Below are positions 28,319-37,114 of a stretch of DNA of 64,000 bases, piece by piece. How positions within the stretch are numbered: position 1 is the first letter of the stretch; every line of letters begins with the position of its first letter. This DNA is from Gemmatimonadales bacterium. Lineage in GTDB: Bacteria; Gemmatimonadota; Gemmatimonadetes; Gemmatimonadales; GWC2-71-9. A program made the position numbers and the translations under genes. The notes under the pieces were generated by a model, which was not told the origin of the DNA, searched no databases, and saw only the letters and a program-made list of their open reading frames with translations. The DNA lies in NCBI GenBank assembly GCA_035517615.1, contig DATIYM010000018.1, positions 45,822 through 109,821 of the forward strand, written 5' to 3'.

Positions 28319-29784
28319 GACGCTCCCAGCTCCTTCACGATCTGACGCTCATCAAAGGGCCGCTTCTCGGTGCCGACAATCTGGTAGGTCTCGTGCCCCT
28401 TGCCCGCGAGCAGGACCACGTCGTCCGGGCGAGCCCGGTTGAGCGCCAGGGCGATGGCCGCGCGGCGATCGGCCACGCGCTCGTGCCGCACTCCGGACAT
28501 TCCTGCTTCCACTTCGTCGAGAATGCGCTCGGGGTCCTCGCGGCGCGGATTATCGGACGTGGCGATCGCGAGATCCGCGAGCCGGGCGGCGATGGCACCC
28601 ATCGGGGCGCGCTTGCCACGGTCGCGCTCGCCGCCCGCGCCGAACACGACGATCACCTTTCCCCGGGTCAGCGCGCGTACCGTCTGCAACGCCCGCTCGA
28701 GCGCGTCGGGCGTGTGGGCGTAGTCCCGCAGGACCACGCACGGGGTGGTCGCGAGACGCTCCATGCGTCCGGGCACCTGTGGCGCGTGTGTCAGGCGCTC
28801 CCCGATGACCGCGAGCGGGACGGCAAGACCAAAGGCGCAGGCGGCGACTCCGAGCGCGTTGCTCACGTTGAACCGGCCGAGCAACGGTAGAGCTACGGCA
28901 ACGGTTCCCGCGGGTGTGATGAGCGTGAAGCGCGACCCGCGCGCGTCGACCTCCACCCCGCGCGCCATGACGTCGGCCGCGGTTTCGCCGAAGCTGATCC
29001 GCCGGCGCCCGTTCGCGAGCGGCAGTGCCGTCCATGCCGGATCATCCGCGTTCACGACGGCAATGCCGTCAGGCGGGGGTGCGAGATACTCGAGCAATCG
29101 GGCTTTCGCCGTGAAGTAGGCCTCGAGCGTCCTGTGATAGTCGAGATGATCCCGCGTCAGGTTCGTGAAAATCGCGGCACGGAACACGAGGCCGTCGATG
29201 CGCCCCTGATCGAGGCTGTGTGACGATGCCTCCATCACCGCTCCGCGCGCGCCGTGCTGGACCAGCGCCGCCAGCGTGGCCTGCAGATCGATCGGACCGG
29301 GCGTCGTGAGGTTGCCCGCCTCGCTCGCGATCTGGTTCCCCGCCCCGTCGAACGCGCCCAGCGTGCCGATCGACCCGGTCGGCTCGATCGCCGAGAGCAC
29401 GTGCCGGCAGAGGGTGACCGAGGTCGTCTTGCCGTTCGTACCGGTGACCGCGATCAGGTGCAGCCGGCTTGCGGGATGCCCGTACCAGGTTTCCGCGGCG
29501 ACGGCCGCCGCGCGCCGCCCATCGCGCACGATGAGTTGCAGCAGCGGCGCCTCCACGGGGGCGTCGACCAGCGCGGCGCTTGCCCCGGCCCGCGCGGCGT
29601 CGGCCACGAAGCGATGGCCGTCCATTGTCGCACCTCGTACGGCGCAGAACAGGGTCCCCGGAATGAGGCGTCTCGTGTCGGCCGTCACCCCGGTGATTTC
29701 CGGCCAGCTGGACCGCTCGCCTGGGGCCGCCACGAGCAATCCCGCCTGCTCCAGTGCCGCGGCGATCGCGACGAGGCGCGTCAT
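28315..29784 (-). CDS. murE: UDP-N-acetylmuramoyl-L-alanyl-D-glutamate--2,6-diaminopimelate ligase
   Basis: Track ORF trimmed to ATG 29784 (MTRLVAIAAALEQ), with ATGA overlap with the ftsI stop. VTGTNGKTTS, DYAHTPDAL and a DNPR motif that indicates the meso-DAP type. Confidence 0.9.
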   Translation of the reverse strand: MTRLVAIAAALEQAGLLVAAPGERSSWPEITGVTADTRRLIPGTLFCAVRGATMDGHRFVADAARAGASAALVDAPVEAPLLQLIVRDGRRAAAVAAETWYGHPASRLHLIAVTGTNGKTTSVTLCRHVLSAIEPTGSIGTLGAFDGAGNQIASEAGNLTTPGPIDLQATLAALVQHGARGAVMEASSHSLDQGRIDGLVFRAAIFTNLTRDHLDYHRTLEAYFTAKARLLEYLAPPPDGIAVVNADDPAWTALPLANGRRRISFGETAADVMARGVEVDARGSRFTLITPAGTVAVALPLLGRFNVSNALGVAACAFGLAVPLAVIGERLTHAPQVPGRMERLATTPCVVLRDYAHTPDALERALQTVRALTRGKVIVVFGAGGERDRGKRAPMGAIAARLADLAIATSDNPRREDPERILDEVEAGMSGVRHERVADRRAAIALALNRARPDDVVLLAGKGHETYQIVGTEKRPFDERQIVKELGAS

Positions 29785-31733
29785 CGCGTGAACAACGTTA
29801 CTGCCGATCCGATCTCGAGCATCTCGCCCGCCGCGGGCATGGTACGATCGGCGATCACTCCGGTCTGCCCCGGCTCGAGGGCGAGCGACCCCCGCAGGAC
29901 CACGCGGAAGCCGCGCGCGTGAAGCACGCGCACGGCGGCGCGCAAATCGCGGCCGCGCACGTCGGGGACGCTCGCTCGCGAGCTGAGCGGCACCGTGTCG
30001 GGCCGATACGGCCAAGGGACGACGTAGGGGACCACACCGCGAGCGACCTCCTGCTCGGCGAGCGAGGCGTTCGGCAGTGTCGCGGCAGTCGAGAGGCGGG
30101 CGCGATCGAGCCCGACGTCGCGTGCGGCCAGCGCCTGCTCGAGCATGGAGCGCGTCACCGGCGCCGCCGTCTGCGCCGCGAAATAGCTCCCGTTGCGCGG
30201 ATCGTCGAGCTTCACCACGAGGACCACCTGTGGATGGTCCGCGGGGAACACGGCGGCGAATGACGCGGTGTACTGCCCCGGCGCATAGCGACCGCGCACC
30301 ACGCGACGGGCGGTCCCAGTCTTGGCGGCGATCGTATAGTGGGCCAGCGCCGCTTCCGCTCCGGTGCCGTGCTCCACCACGGCGACGAGCAGCTGTCGCA
30401 GCGCACTCGCGACCGCGGGCGTCACGACTCGGCGCACCGGCTCCGGCTGGTGGCGGTACATCACACGTCCGTCCGCTGCCCGGATCTCGCGAATCAGCGT
30501 TGGCGCGAGCAGGACCCCATCATTGGCCAGCGCGCCGTACGCGGCGGCGATCTGGATTGGCGTCACGGATACTTCGTAGCCCATCGCGAGACTCGCGGCA
30601 CTGACCCCGGACCAGTTCGCGGGCGGCCGGAGCCGCCCCGCCGCCTCCGCCGGGAATTCGATGCCGGTGAGCGAGCCGAGGCCGAAGTTTCGCAACATAG
30701 TGTACTGCGCGTCGGGGGAGAGGCGGGCCGCGAACTTCACGATGCCGATGTTGCTCGATACCCGAATGGCGTCGGCCAGCGTGAGCGATGCGAGCGGCTC
30801 CTCGTCCGTAATCGTGCGCGCGCCCAGCCGGTAGCGGCCGGCTTCTCCGGAGACACGCTCCGACGGACTAACGAGCTGTTCCGAGAGGAGTGCGGCGGCG
30901 GCGAAGATCTTCGCAATCGAGCCCGGCTCGTAGGTCTCCGTGAATGCGCTCGGCCGGATAGCACGATCGCGCCGGCACGCGGCCAGCGCGAGCACCTCTC
31001 CCGATGCCGGGTCGAGCATCACCACATCGCCGCCGTCCGCCTGCGTGTGCAGGACGGCATCGTCGAGTGCGCGCTGCGCGATGTCCTGCAGCTCGGCATC
31101 GAGTGTGAGCACCACGTCCGCCCCGGCGAGCGGCTCGGCGATGATCCGGGCCGGCGATTCGAATTCATGCCCCGCCCGGTCCTTGAGCACCACCGCCGCG
31201 CCCGCGGTGCCCGCGAGCAAACTATCCAGCTCCAGCTCGAGCCCGGAGGCGCCGCGGCCATCGTCCCCCACGCGGCCGATGATGGGCCGCGCGAGCTCGG
31301 GCCGGGGATAGAAGCGGTTCATCAGCGGCACGAGGTGCACCCCGCGCGTGGCGCGCAGCGGCGCGATCTCGCTCGCGGTGAATGGGCCGGCGAAATAGGC
31401 GTAGCGCTTCCGGAGAGCTTCCTCGAGGTCGGAGGCGGAAAGGTGCAGCTCACGCGCGATCAGGGCCGCGTCGCGCGCGCGGTCCCTCAGCTCATTCGGC
31501 GCGATGCCGACATGGTAGGTCTCCTGGGTCCGCGCCAGCTCCGTGCCATGCCGGTCGAGCAACGCGCCGCGTCGGGCGCCGAGCGTGATGCGCTCGGTCC
31601 GCTGCACGCGCGCTTCATTCGACCAGCGCGCTCCCTGAATGAGCTGGACCTGCGCCGCCCGACCGATCAGCGCGACCAGCGCGAAGGCGACCGCGACCTC
31701 GATCGCCTGCACGCGTGTCGCGAACCGAGCCAT
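29781..31733 (-). CDS. ftsI: penicillin-binding protein, class B transpeptidase (FtsI/PBP3) with a C-terminal PASTA domain
   Basis: Trimmed to ATG 31733 (MARFATRVQAIEVAVAFALVALIG). SxxK-like EPGSIAKIF and KTGTA. The last ~62 aa (VPDVRGRDLRAAVRVLHARGFRVVL...) look like a PASTA domain. Confidence 0.85.
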   Translation of the reverse strand: MARFATRVQAIEVAVAFALVALIGRAAQVQLIQGARWSNEARVQRTERITLGARRGALLDRHGTELARTQETYHVGIAPNELRDRARDAALIARELHLSASDLEEALRKRYAYFAGPFTASEIAPLRATRGVHLVPLMNRFYPRPELARPIIGRVGDDGRGASGLELELDSLLAGTAGAAVVLKDRAGHEFESPARIIAEPLAGADVVLTLDAELQDIAQRALDDAVLHTQADGGDVVMLDPASGEVLALAACRRDRAIRPSAFTETYEPGSIAKIFAAAALLSEQLVSPSERVSGEAGRYRLGARTITDEEPLASLTLADAIRVSSNIGIVKFAARLSPDAQYTMLRNFGLGSLTGIEFPAEAAGRLRPPANWSGVSAASLAMGYEVSVTPIQIAAAYGALANDGVLLAPTLIREIRAADGRVMYRHQPEPVRRVVTPAVASALRQLLVAVVEHGTGAEAALAHYTIAAKTGTARRVVRGRYAPGQYTASFAAVFPADHPQVVLVVKLDDPRNGSYFAAQTAAPVTRSMLEQALAARDVGLDRARLSTAATLPNASLAEQEVARGVVPYVVPWPYRPDTVPLSSRASVPDVRGRDLRAAVRVLHARGFRVVLRGSLALEPGQTGVIADRTMPAAGEMLEIGSAVTLFTR

Positions 31734-31737
31734 GGGA

Positions 31738-32022
31738 TTACCGGCCAGACGGGACGGAAAGCAGGATGATTTCGGTGTCCGCGGGAAGCCGCATGCCAAG
31801 CTGGTCGCGCGCGCGCCGTACGAGCACCGAGCGACTTTCGGCCACGCGGATGCGGTGCTCGAGATCGGCTCGGCGTCCCTCGAGCGCCGCGCGTTGCTCC
31901 CGCACCAGGGCGAGGGCGCGCGCCGTGCGGATCGCCCGCGTCTGGCGCGCAATGACGATCCAGGCGGCGCCGAGAAAGGCGAGCAGCCAGAGCGCCGCCC
32001 AGTGGCGGCCCTTAATCGTCAC
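31738..32022 (-). CDS. ftsL: cell division protein FtsL-like (single TM plus coiled coil)
   Basis: Position between rsmH and ftsI. TM segment WAALWLLAFLGAAWIVIA is followed by a heptad-like region. The start is uncertain: GTG 32022 overlaps rsmH by 11 nt, and the track start at 32076 overlaps by 65 nt. Confidence 0.5.
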   Translation of the reverse strand: MTIKGRHWAALWLLAFLGAAWIVIARQTRAIRTARALALVREQRAALEGRRADLEHRIRVAESRSVLVRRARDQLGMRLPADTEIILLSVPSGR

Positions 32023-32932
32023 CGAATACCTCGAATGCGCGAAAGCTGGCCGAGCGGGCGCGCGGATTTGCGGCAATCTCCGCGGGCGTTGGGCGCACGC
32101 CTTTCCGGGTCAGCACACGGCCCAGCGGCTGTCCCCGGCAGGTGCATACCGGTTGCCGCGGCGGGCAGACGCACGCGCGTGCCCACTCCCGAAAATGGTT
32201 TTTCACGATTCGATCTTCGCCCGAGTGATAGCTGATCACGCCCATCCTGCCGCCGGAAACGAGCGCCGCGCGCAGCGCGGGCAGACCCAGCTCGAGCTGA
32301 TCGAGCTCCTGGTTGACGACGATGCGCACCGCCTGAAACAGCCGAGCAAAATCCGCGGGCCCCGACCGCGGGCCCAGCGTGCCGCGGATCGCGTTCACGA
32401 AATCGTCGCTGGTGGCAAACGGCCCGCGCAAGCGGCGGCGCACGATCGTGGCGGCGAGGCGATGCGCGCGAGCCGGCCGCTCATCCGCGAGCTCGCGAAA
32501 GCACTCCGCCAGCTGCTCCACGGTCCATGTGTTGAGCACGTCGGCCGCCGTCATTCCCCCCGGGCCCATGCGCATATCGAGCGGCGCGCCGGGACGGAAG
32601 GTGAACCCGCGATTCTGCGTATCGAGCTGATGCGAGGACACGCCCAGGTCGAGCAGAATCCGGTCGGGCTTGAAGGTCTGAATCGTGCCGAGCACCTTCC
32701 CCGAGGCGAACGGGCCGGTGGAGTAGCGGACCTCGGTCTCGCCCAGGAGCGCGCGCGCGGCGGCGATCGCGTCCGGGTCCCGGTCCACCGCCAGCACCGT
32801 GGCTCCTGCCTCACGCAACAGGGCGGCGTGCCCTCCCCCGCCTACCGTCGCGTCCACGGCACGCCGTCCGCCGGCGGCCCAGGCGCGAACCGCTTCGGCC
32901 AGAACCGGAACGTGGTACGTGGTCGTGCCCAG
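32012..32932 (-). CDS. rsmH: 16S rRNA (cytosine1402-N4)-methyltransferase RsmH/MraW
   Basis: DATVGGGGHA, LDLGVSSHQLD, ISYHSGEDRIVK. The track start (GTG 32857) cuts off the conserved N-terminal YHVPVLAEAV, which is in frame upstream. The only start-like codon there is CTG 32932, preceded by GAGGAAGG. The 5' end is uncertain. Confidence 0.8.
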   Translation of the reverse strand: MGTTTYHVPVLAEAVRAWAAGGRRAVDATVGGGGHAALLREAGATVLAVDRDPDAIAAARALLGETEVRYSTGPFASGKVLGTIQTFKPDRILLDLGVSSHQLDTQNRGFTFRPGAPLDMRMGPGGMTAADVLNTWTVEQLAECFRELADERPARAHRLAATIVRRRLRGPFATSDDFVNAIRGTLGPRSGPADFARLFQAVRIVVNQELDQLELGLPALRAALVSGGRMGVISYHSGEDRIVKNHFREWARACVCPPRQPVCTCRGQPLGRVLTRKGVRPTPAEIAANPRARSASFRAFEVFGDD

Positions 32933-32955
32933 GTTCCTTCCTCTGTGGAGGTAAA

Positions 32956-32984
32956 CGAAAACCCCGCCTGGTGACAGACGGGGC
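32956..32984 (-). terminator. rho-independent terminator downstream of tRNA-Asp
   Basis: The minus strand reads CCCCGTCTG-tcac-CAGGCGGGG followed by TTTTCGTTT. This is a 9-bp stem (one G-U pair) with a 4-nt loop. Confidence 0.55.
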
Positions 32985-33016
32985 CACAGCTGCTCGTCCC
33001 GCGGCGCGGGTTCAGG

Positions 33017-33090
33017 CGGGGCTGACGGGGCTCGAACCCGCGACCTCCGGTGTGACAGACCGGCGCTCTAACCAGCTGAGCTACAACCCC
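33017..33090 (-). tRNA. tRNA-Asp (anticodon GTC)
   Basis: Hand-folded. Acceptor GGGGTTG/CAGCCCC; D arm GCTC-AGCTGGTTA-GAGC; anticodon arm CCGGT-CTGTCAC-ACCGG; T arm GCGGG-TTCGAGC-CCCGT; discriminator G. CCA is not encoded. Confidence 0.9.
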
Positions 33091-33192
33091 GGATACAGAT
33101 AAGCACATACGCGAGGAAGGCGTCGTAGAGGTGACCTCGCACCATGGTGACCCGGTGTCCTAAACTAGCGACACAGACCCGCTCGCGGTATC

Positions 33193-34989
33193 TCAGAAGT
33201 TCTTGCACTTGAATTGCTTCTTCACCTGCGGCATCACCTGCTCGAATTTCGCCAGGTTCTGCATCATCGTGTTCGTGAATGTGGGCTGGATGCGTGCTCC
33301 CGCGATCAGCGCGTCCTTGGTCCGGTCGATGCGATCCTGGATGGCCTTCGCTTGCTTGCAGTCCTTCGATTTCACCATTTGGGCGTAGGGCCCCGGCAGC
33401 GACGCCACGGACGCGATGCCGAACCAGAAGCTGGCCTGCAGGCGCACTTGTGCGCGCGGTCCCAGGGTATCCGCCGCCGAGTGCGGGGGACCGACGGTTG
33501 TAAGCGTCTGATCGAGCCAATCGTACGAAGCATCGAACGCCTGCGCCTGCGCGAGCTTCGAGCCGCCGGTGAGCAGGATAACCGCGGCCGACAGCCGCTG
33601 GGTCGAATCCGTCGAGGCCATGGCCTTCGCCAGATACGGACGGGCGCTGTCGAGCTGCGCGGCAAACTCCGCGCGCAGGCGATTCAGCTCGGAGGAATCG
33701 TTCTTCGCCCGCTTCGCGGCCACGGTGTCGTACGTGGCCCCGTCGACGATCGCTTTCGCGACCAGCAGACTCGCGTTCACGTCGTTGGGGTTCGCGGACA
33801 ACGCCTGCTTTTGCGCCCACAGCGCGGAGTCGGTGAGCCCGCGCATCGCGTAGGCCGAGCCCAGCACTTTCCAAAAATCAGGCGAATGGGGGAACTTGTG
33901 CACGGCGATGCGTGAGAACCGCAACAGTTGCTGGGTGTCCGGCACCTGTTGCGCCGCGCCGATCGCCGCCTTGAGGAAGCTCGTGTCGGCAAGTCTTGTG
34001 GTGTCGGCGGTCGCCTGTGCCACGAAGCCGTCCAAGGTGCAGCGCCACATCTGACCCTCGACGCAGATCTGGGCCTTGAGGTCGAGCAGCTTCGCGTCAT
34101 CCTGGTTGCGTGTCAAACCCTGATCGATCAGCGCGACGGCCCTTTGATACTGCTTCTCCTGGCGCAGGATTTCCGCCACCGCGGCGCGGAGCTGCGTGTT
34201 CCCCGGTTCACCCGCCAGCTCCTTCGTGAAGGCATCGACGGCGCGGGCCGTGTCGCCCTTGGCGAGATAGGCCCGCGCGATCGTCTCCCACGCGGTCGCG
34301 TTGAGCGAATCCCCGCGCACCGCGCGCGACGCGGCCGCGATCAGGCTGTCCTGCGGCATGTGCTGCATTTCATAGATGAGGGCGACGCACATGTGCGCGC
34401 CCGTCAGATCCGGCTCGATGGCGAACGCCTTCTTCGCCGACTCCAGGGCCGCAGCCGCCTGCCCCTTCTGCCGCTTGTCCTCGCACTCGCGCGCGTATTC
34501 GCCGGCGCGCACCACCGTGTTCAGGCGAGTGGCGATCGCCTCGGAGAGCGCCGCCGGCGTTCCGGGCGGCGGCGCCGTTGCCACGAACGTGAAGGCGAAT
34601 CCGGACGACCCGATGTCCACGATCCGCACCCGCGCGCCCAGCGTCGCGCTCGGGCGGGCGAGCAGCCCCGTCGTATAGGCGTTGACGTTCAGCAGGCGCG
34701 CTAGGAGCTTCGCCTGCGCATCGTCGAGTAGCACGTCGCACGGAAATCCGGAGGCCTTGAGCGCGTCACACAGCTTGGCCTTGGGGACGACGATCACCTT
34801 GTAGCGCGCCAGGGCGGTCAGGCGATCCCGCGCGCCATCCATCACGGCTACGCTCGTGGCCGAATCGCCGGCGGTGGACACGCTCAGCGGGAGAACCAGC
34901 AGTTTCGTCGTGGGTTGTTGAATGGCGAGCTGAGCGTGCGCGGGAGCAGCGACCATCAAGGTGAGTCCGACGAATCGGAGTAGTCTCAC
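33193..34989 (-). CDS. secreted TPR-repeat protein (hypothetical)
   Basis: Track ORF 33193..35505 runs through tRNA-Val. It was trimmed to GTG 34989 (VRLLRFVGLTLMVAAPAHA-QL signal peptide), with a GGAGG 10 nt upstream. TPR-like helical repeats run throughout. Confidence 0.65.
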   Translation of the reverse strand: MRLLRFVGLTLMVAAPAHAQLAIQQPTTKLLVLPLSVSTAGDSATSVAVMDGARDRLTALARYKVIVVPKAKLCDALKASGFPCDVLLDDAQAKLLARLLNVNAYTTGLLARPSATLGARVRIVDIGSSGFAFTFVATAPPPGTPAALSEAIATRLNTVVRAGEYARECEDKRQKGQAAAALESAKKAFAIEPDLTGAHMCVALIYEMQHMPQDSLIAAASRAVRGDSLNATAWETIARAYLAKGDTARAVDAFTKELAGEPGNTQLRAAVAEILRQEKQYQRAVALIDQGLTRNQDDAKLLDLKAQICVEGQMWRCTLDGFVAQATADTTRLADTSFLKAAIGAAQQVPDTQQLLRFSRIAVHKFPHSPDFWKVLGSAYAMRGLTDSALWAQKQALSANPNDVNASLLVAKAIVDGATYDTVAAKRAKNDSSELNRLRAEFAAQLDSARPYLAKAMASTDSTQRLSAAVILLTGGSKLAQAQAFDASYDWLDQTLTTVGPPHSAADTLGPRAQVRLQASFWFGIASVASLPGPYAQMVKSKDCKQAKAIQDRIDRTKDALIAGARIQPTFTNTMMQNLAKFEQVMPQVKKQFKCKNF

Positions 34990-35028
34990 GGCGAGTACGC
35001 CTCCACGGTGGTGGTCTGACGACCTCAA

Positions 35029-35103
35029 TGGGCGAAGAGGGATTCGAACCCCCGACTTCCTGCGTGTAAGGCAGGCGCTCTGGACCAGCTGAGCTATTCG
35101 CCC
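35029..35103 (-). tRNA. tRNA-Val (anticodon TAC)
   Basis: Hand-folded. Acceptor GGGCGAA/TTCGCCC; D arm GCTC-AGCTGGTCCA-GAGC; anticodon arm CCTGC-CTTACAC-GCAGG; T arm CGGGG-GTTCGAATC-CCCTC region; discriminator A. Confidence 0.9.
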
Positions 35104-35135
35104 GTGCATGCGCGCCGGCGCCGGTGCGATTGGGA

Positions 35136-35327
35136 CTAGAGAGCGAGTCCGAAGGGAATGAAGACGCAGTATCCCAACGCCAGCAAGATGGGCGCGGCGG
35201 TCGTGGAGCCGCGAGACAAGAGCCAGTAGCCGGCCGCGAGCGAAACGGCCGCGGCCCCGAGCACTACCGAGTTCCGCTTCCCGATTTGTAGCCTCGAGCC
35301 CGAGCCGCCCCGACCAGGTTCCGACAC
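35136..35327 (-). CDS. small two-TM membrane protein, DUF3098-like
   Basis: 63 aa. IGKRNSVVLGAAAVSLAAGYWLL...TTAAPILLALGYCVFIPFGL matches my recollection of the DUF3098 pattern (FGKKNY..., two TM). No search was run. Confidence 0.45.
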   Translation of the reverse strand: MSEPGRGGSGSRLQIGKRNSVVLGAAAVSLAAGYWLLSRGSTTAAPILLALGYCVFIPFGLAL

Positions 35328-35360
35328 AGGCGCGGAGTCTACCCGCCATCCGCAGTGCCG

Positions 35361-36254
35361 TCAAGAACTTGGCCAATCCTCGGGGATCACCCACCCTTCG
35401 TCGAGCGACGCGCGCCGCGCCCGGTCGCGCCGGCGCCGCACGAACACGAGCCAGACAAGCACGATCGCCAGCACGGTCCAAAACAGCCCTACGGCCGCCA
35501 TCCACGAGAGATATCCGTAGCCCGACGCGACGTCACCTTGCCACCGCGTTTCGAACTCGCTCTCGGTGATGTGGTACGTGCTGCGGAGGGCCGCGTCAAA
35601 ATCCCGCTTGCTGGCCAGGGCATCGATGAGCGGGCGCAAGCCGTCGCGCCCCCCACCCCCCCAGCGGTTCAGCAACGCCACCGCGGTCGTCGCGAGCGCG
35701 TAGGCGGTCTGGGCATCGGGCTCGTCCGACCGGAGCGCGAGGTCGATCTGATCGAGATTCATTTGGACGCCGCGCGCGATCTGCCAGTTCAAGCGCAGCA
35801 CCTCGAGCCGGTCCCATTCACCCGCGGCGAACGCCGCGTACCCCTCGTCGAACCAGAGCGGCGGCGGATACGTGAGCCGCGAATGCAGCGCCAGATGCGC
35901 CAGCTCATGGCGCAGCGCGGCGAAGACGCGATCGGCGGAGCGGGACGAAAGCAGCACGATGCTTCGTTCTTCGGGAAACGCCGCGCCCTCGCTCCACTCG
36001 GGCAGCCGGCCGTGCGTGAGCGAGTCAAACAGCGCGCGATTGGGCGCGAGGAACAGCCGGATCGGCCGGTCTGGAACGGGTCCGAGCCCCGCGAACCACG
36101 TCGTCCGGTCTGCGGTCTCGGCGAGCAGCGTGGCGAGTCGTTCGCCGCCGGGCCAGGAGACCGCGGTCACGCGCCCGATCGTGACGGCTTGCGGGGAGGG
36201 TGAACGGCCAACCTGCAGGGGCATCGCGAGCGCGAGCCATACTGCGAACGGCAT
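35361..36254 (-). CDS. HExxH metallopeptidase-like protein (Peptidase_MA_2-like) with a C-terminal TM anchor
   Basis: Trimmed to ATG 36254 (TGATG overlap). Signal-like N-terminus, RHELAHLALH (HExxH) and PLWFDEGYAAF (downstream Glu). C-terminal TM is YLSWMAAVGLFWTVLAIVLVWLVFV. Confidence 0.6.
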   Translation of the reverse strand: MPFAVWLALAMPLQVGRSPSPQAVTIGRVTAVSWPGGERLATLLAETADRTTWFAGLGPVPDRPIRLFLAPNRALFDSLTHGRLPEWSEGAAFPEERSIVLLSSRSADRVFAALRHELAHLALHSRLTYPPPLWFDEGYAAFAAGEWDRLEVLRLNWQIARGVQMNLDQIDLALRSDEPDAQTAYALATTAVALLNRWGGGGRDGLRPLIDALASKRDFDAALRSTYHITESEFETRWQGDVASGYGYLSWMAAVGLFWTVLAIVLVWLVFVRRRRDRARRASLDEGWVIPEDWPSS

Positions 36255-37114
36255 CAGGGGCGCGGCAGGTCCTGCCCCTTGGCGATCAGCTCGAGCATCT
36301 CCTGACATTTCTTCGCCCATGTGTTGAACTTGTTCGCCTTGAAGCCCTCTTCCCAGGTCCGGCGCGCCGTGTCCTGATTGCCGGCGAACCAGTACGAGCG
36401 GCCCAGCTCGTAATACGCTTCGATCAGGTTCGGTCCGAGCTTCAACGTCTTCTCGAAGAACGTCTGCGCGTCTTCGTACATCTGCCGCTGCAGGTACACG
36501 AGCCCGAGATAGAAATGCGCGTACAGCGTGGCCTTCTTGTCGTTGTCGAGCCGGATCGCCTTCGAGAGATGCTCGATCGCTTCGCCGAAGATCCGCTTCT
36601 TGAGACAGATGTACCCCACATTGATCCGGGCGAGCGAGTTGGCCGGCTCCTTCATCAGCACTTTCTGGAACGTCTGCAGCGCGTCGTCGTATTCCTCGTG
36701 CAGCATCTGCGCCCATCCGAGCAGCGATTCGGCCTGCGTCTCCCCGGGCGACAGCTGCAGCGCGCGCTGGAGCGCCTGGATCGCCCCGGCATGGTCGCCG
36801 AGCGAAATTAGACTCCAGCCTTTTTCGATGAATGTGGAGGCTCCGATGTGATCGGCGTGCACGGCCGGACGCGCGCCGGTGAACTCGGGAGCCGACGCCT
36901 CGGTCGCCGCGGGCGTGAGCTGCTTGTACCGGTCGACCAGCGAGCGCACCGATTCCTTCAACTCCGAGAGCTCCGCGATCATTCCATCGACCTGCTTGAA
37001 ATAGCCGATAATCTCGCGCTTCACCGCTTCGCGCTCGGCGGTGCCGTTGGCGCTGTTGAGCCGCCGCGCGATGGCCTCGTACTCGGCGCGGAGCGCGGGG
37101 AGAGTCGAGTCCAT
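36254..37114 (-). CDS. TPR-repeat protein with an N-terminal coiled coil
   Basis: 286 aa. Several canonical TPRs (A..YLG..Y......A...F.KAL.L.P). 1-nt overlap with the cheW stop. Confidence 0.65.
   Translation of the reverse strand: MDSTLPALRAEYEAIARRLNSANGTAEREAVKREIIGYFKQVDGMIAELSELKESVRSLVDRYKQLTPAATEASAPEFTGARPAVHADHIGASTFIEKGWSLISLGDHAGAIQALQRALQLSPGETQAESLLGWAQMLHEEYDDALQTFQKVLMKEPANSLARINVGYICLKKRIFGEAIEHLSKAIRLDNDKKATLYAHFYLGLVYLQRQMYEDAQTFFEKTLKLGPNLIEAYYELGRSYWFAGNQDTARRTWEEGFKANKFNTWAKKCQEMLELIAKGQDLPRP

Noticed and set aside
24504-31952. Arg-rich N-terminal extensions of the track ORFs for murD, murE and ftsI. The same applies to ftsZ, ileS, cheD, mglB, hisA and others.
   Set aside because: The extensions overlap the preceding, well-supported gene in another frame and lack homology. 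Conserved N-termini begin at internal ATG or GTG codons that form ATGA, GTGA or TGATG overlaps with the upstream stop.
32962-32983. The hairpin CGTCTGTCACCAG resembles the anticodon arm of the adjacent tRNA-Asp (GGTCTGTCACACC), raising the possibility of a tRNA fragment or att remnant.
   Set aside because: The similarity covers only ~10 of 13 nt and involves the anticodon arm, not the 3' end used by integrases. The 9-bp stem plus T-tract is fully explained as an intrinsic terminator.
33017-35103. Whether the single TPR gene bracketed by tRNA-Asp and tRNA-Val is a small genomic island.
   Set aside because: There is no integrase or mobility gene, and no direct repeat of a tRNA 3' end. Composition is similar to the surroundings except for a slightly AT-richer 3' end.
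35104-35135. The GC palindrome ccggcgccgg between the DUF3098-like gene and tRNA-Val, considered as a possible terminator or operator.
   Set aside because: It is short, has no T-tract and has no partner site. Such palindromes are expected by chance at this GC content.
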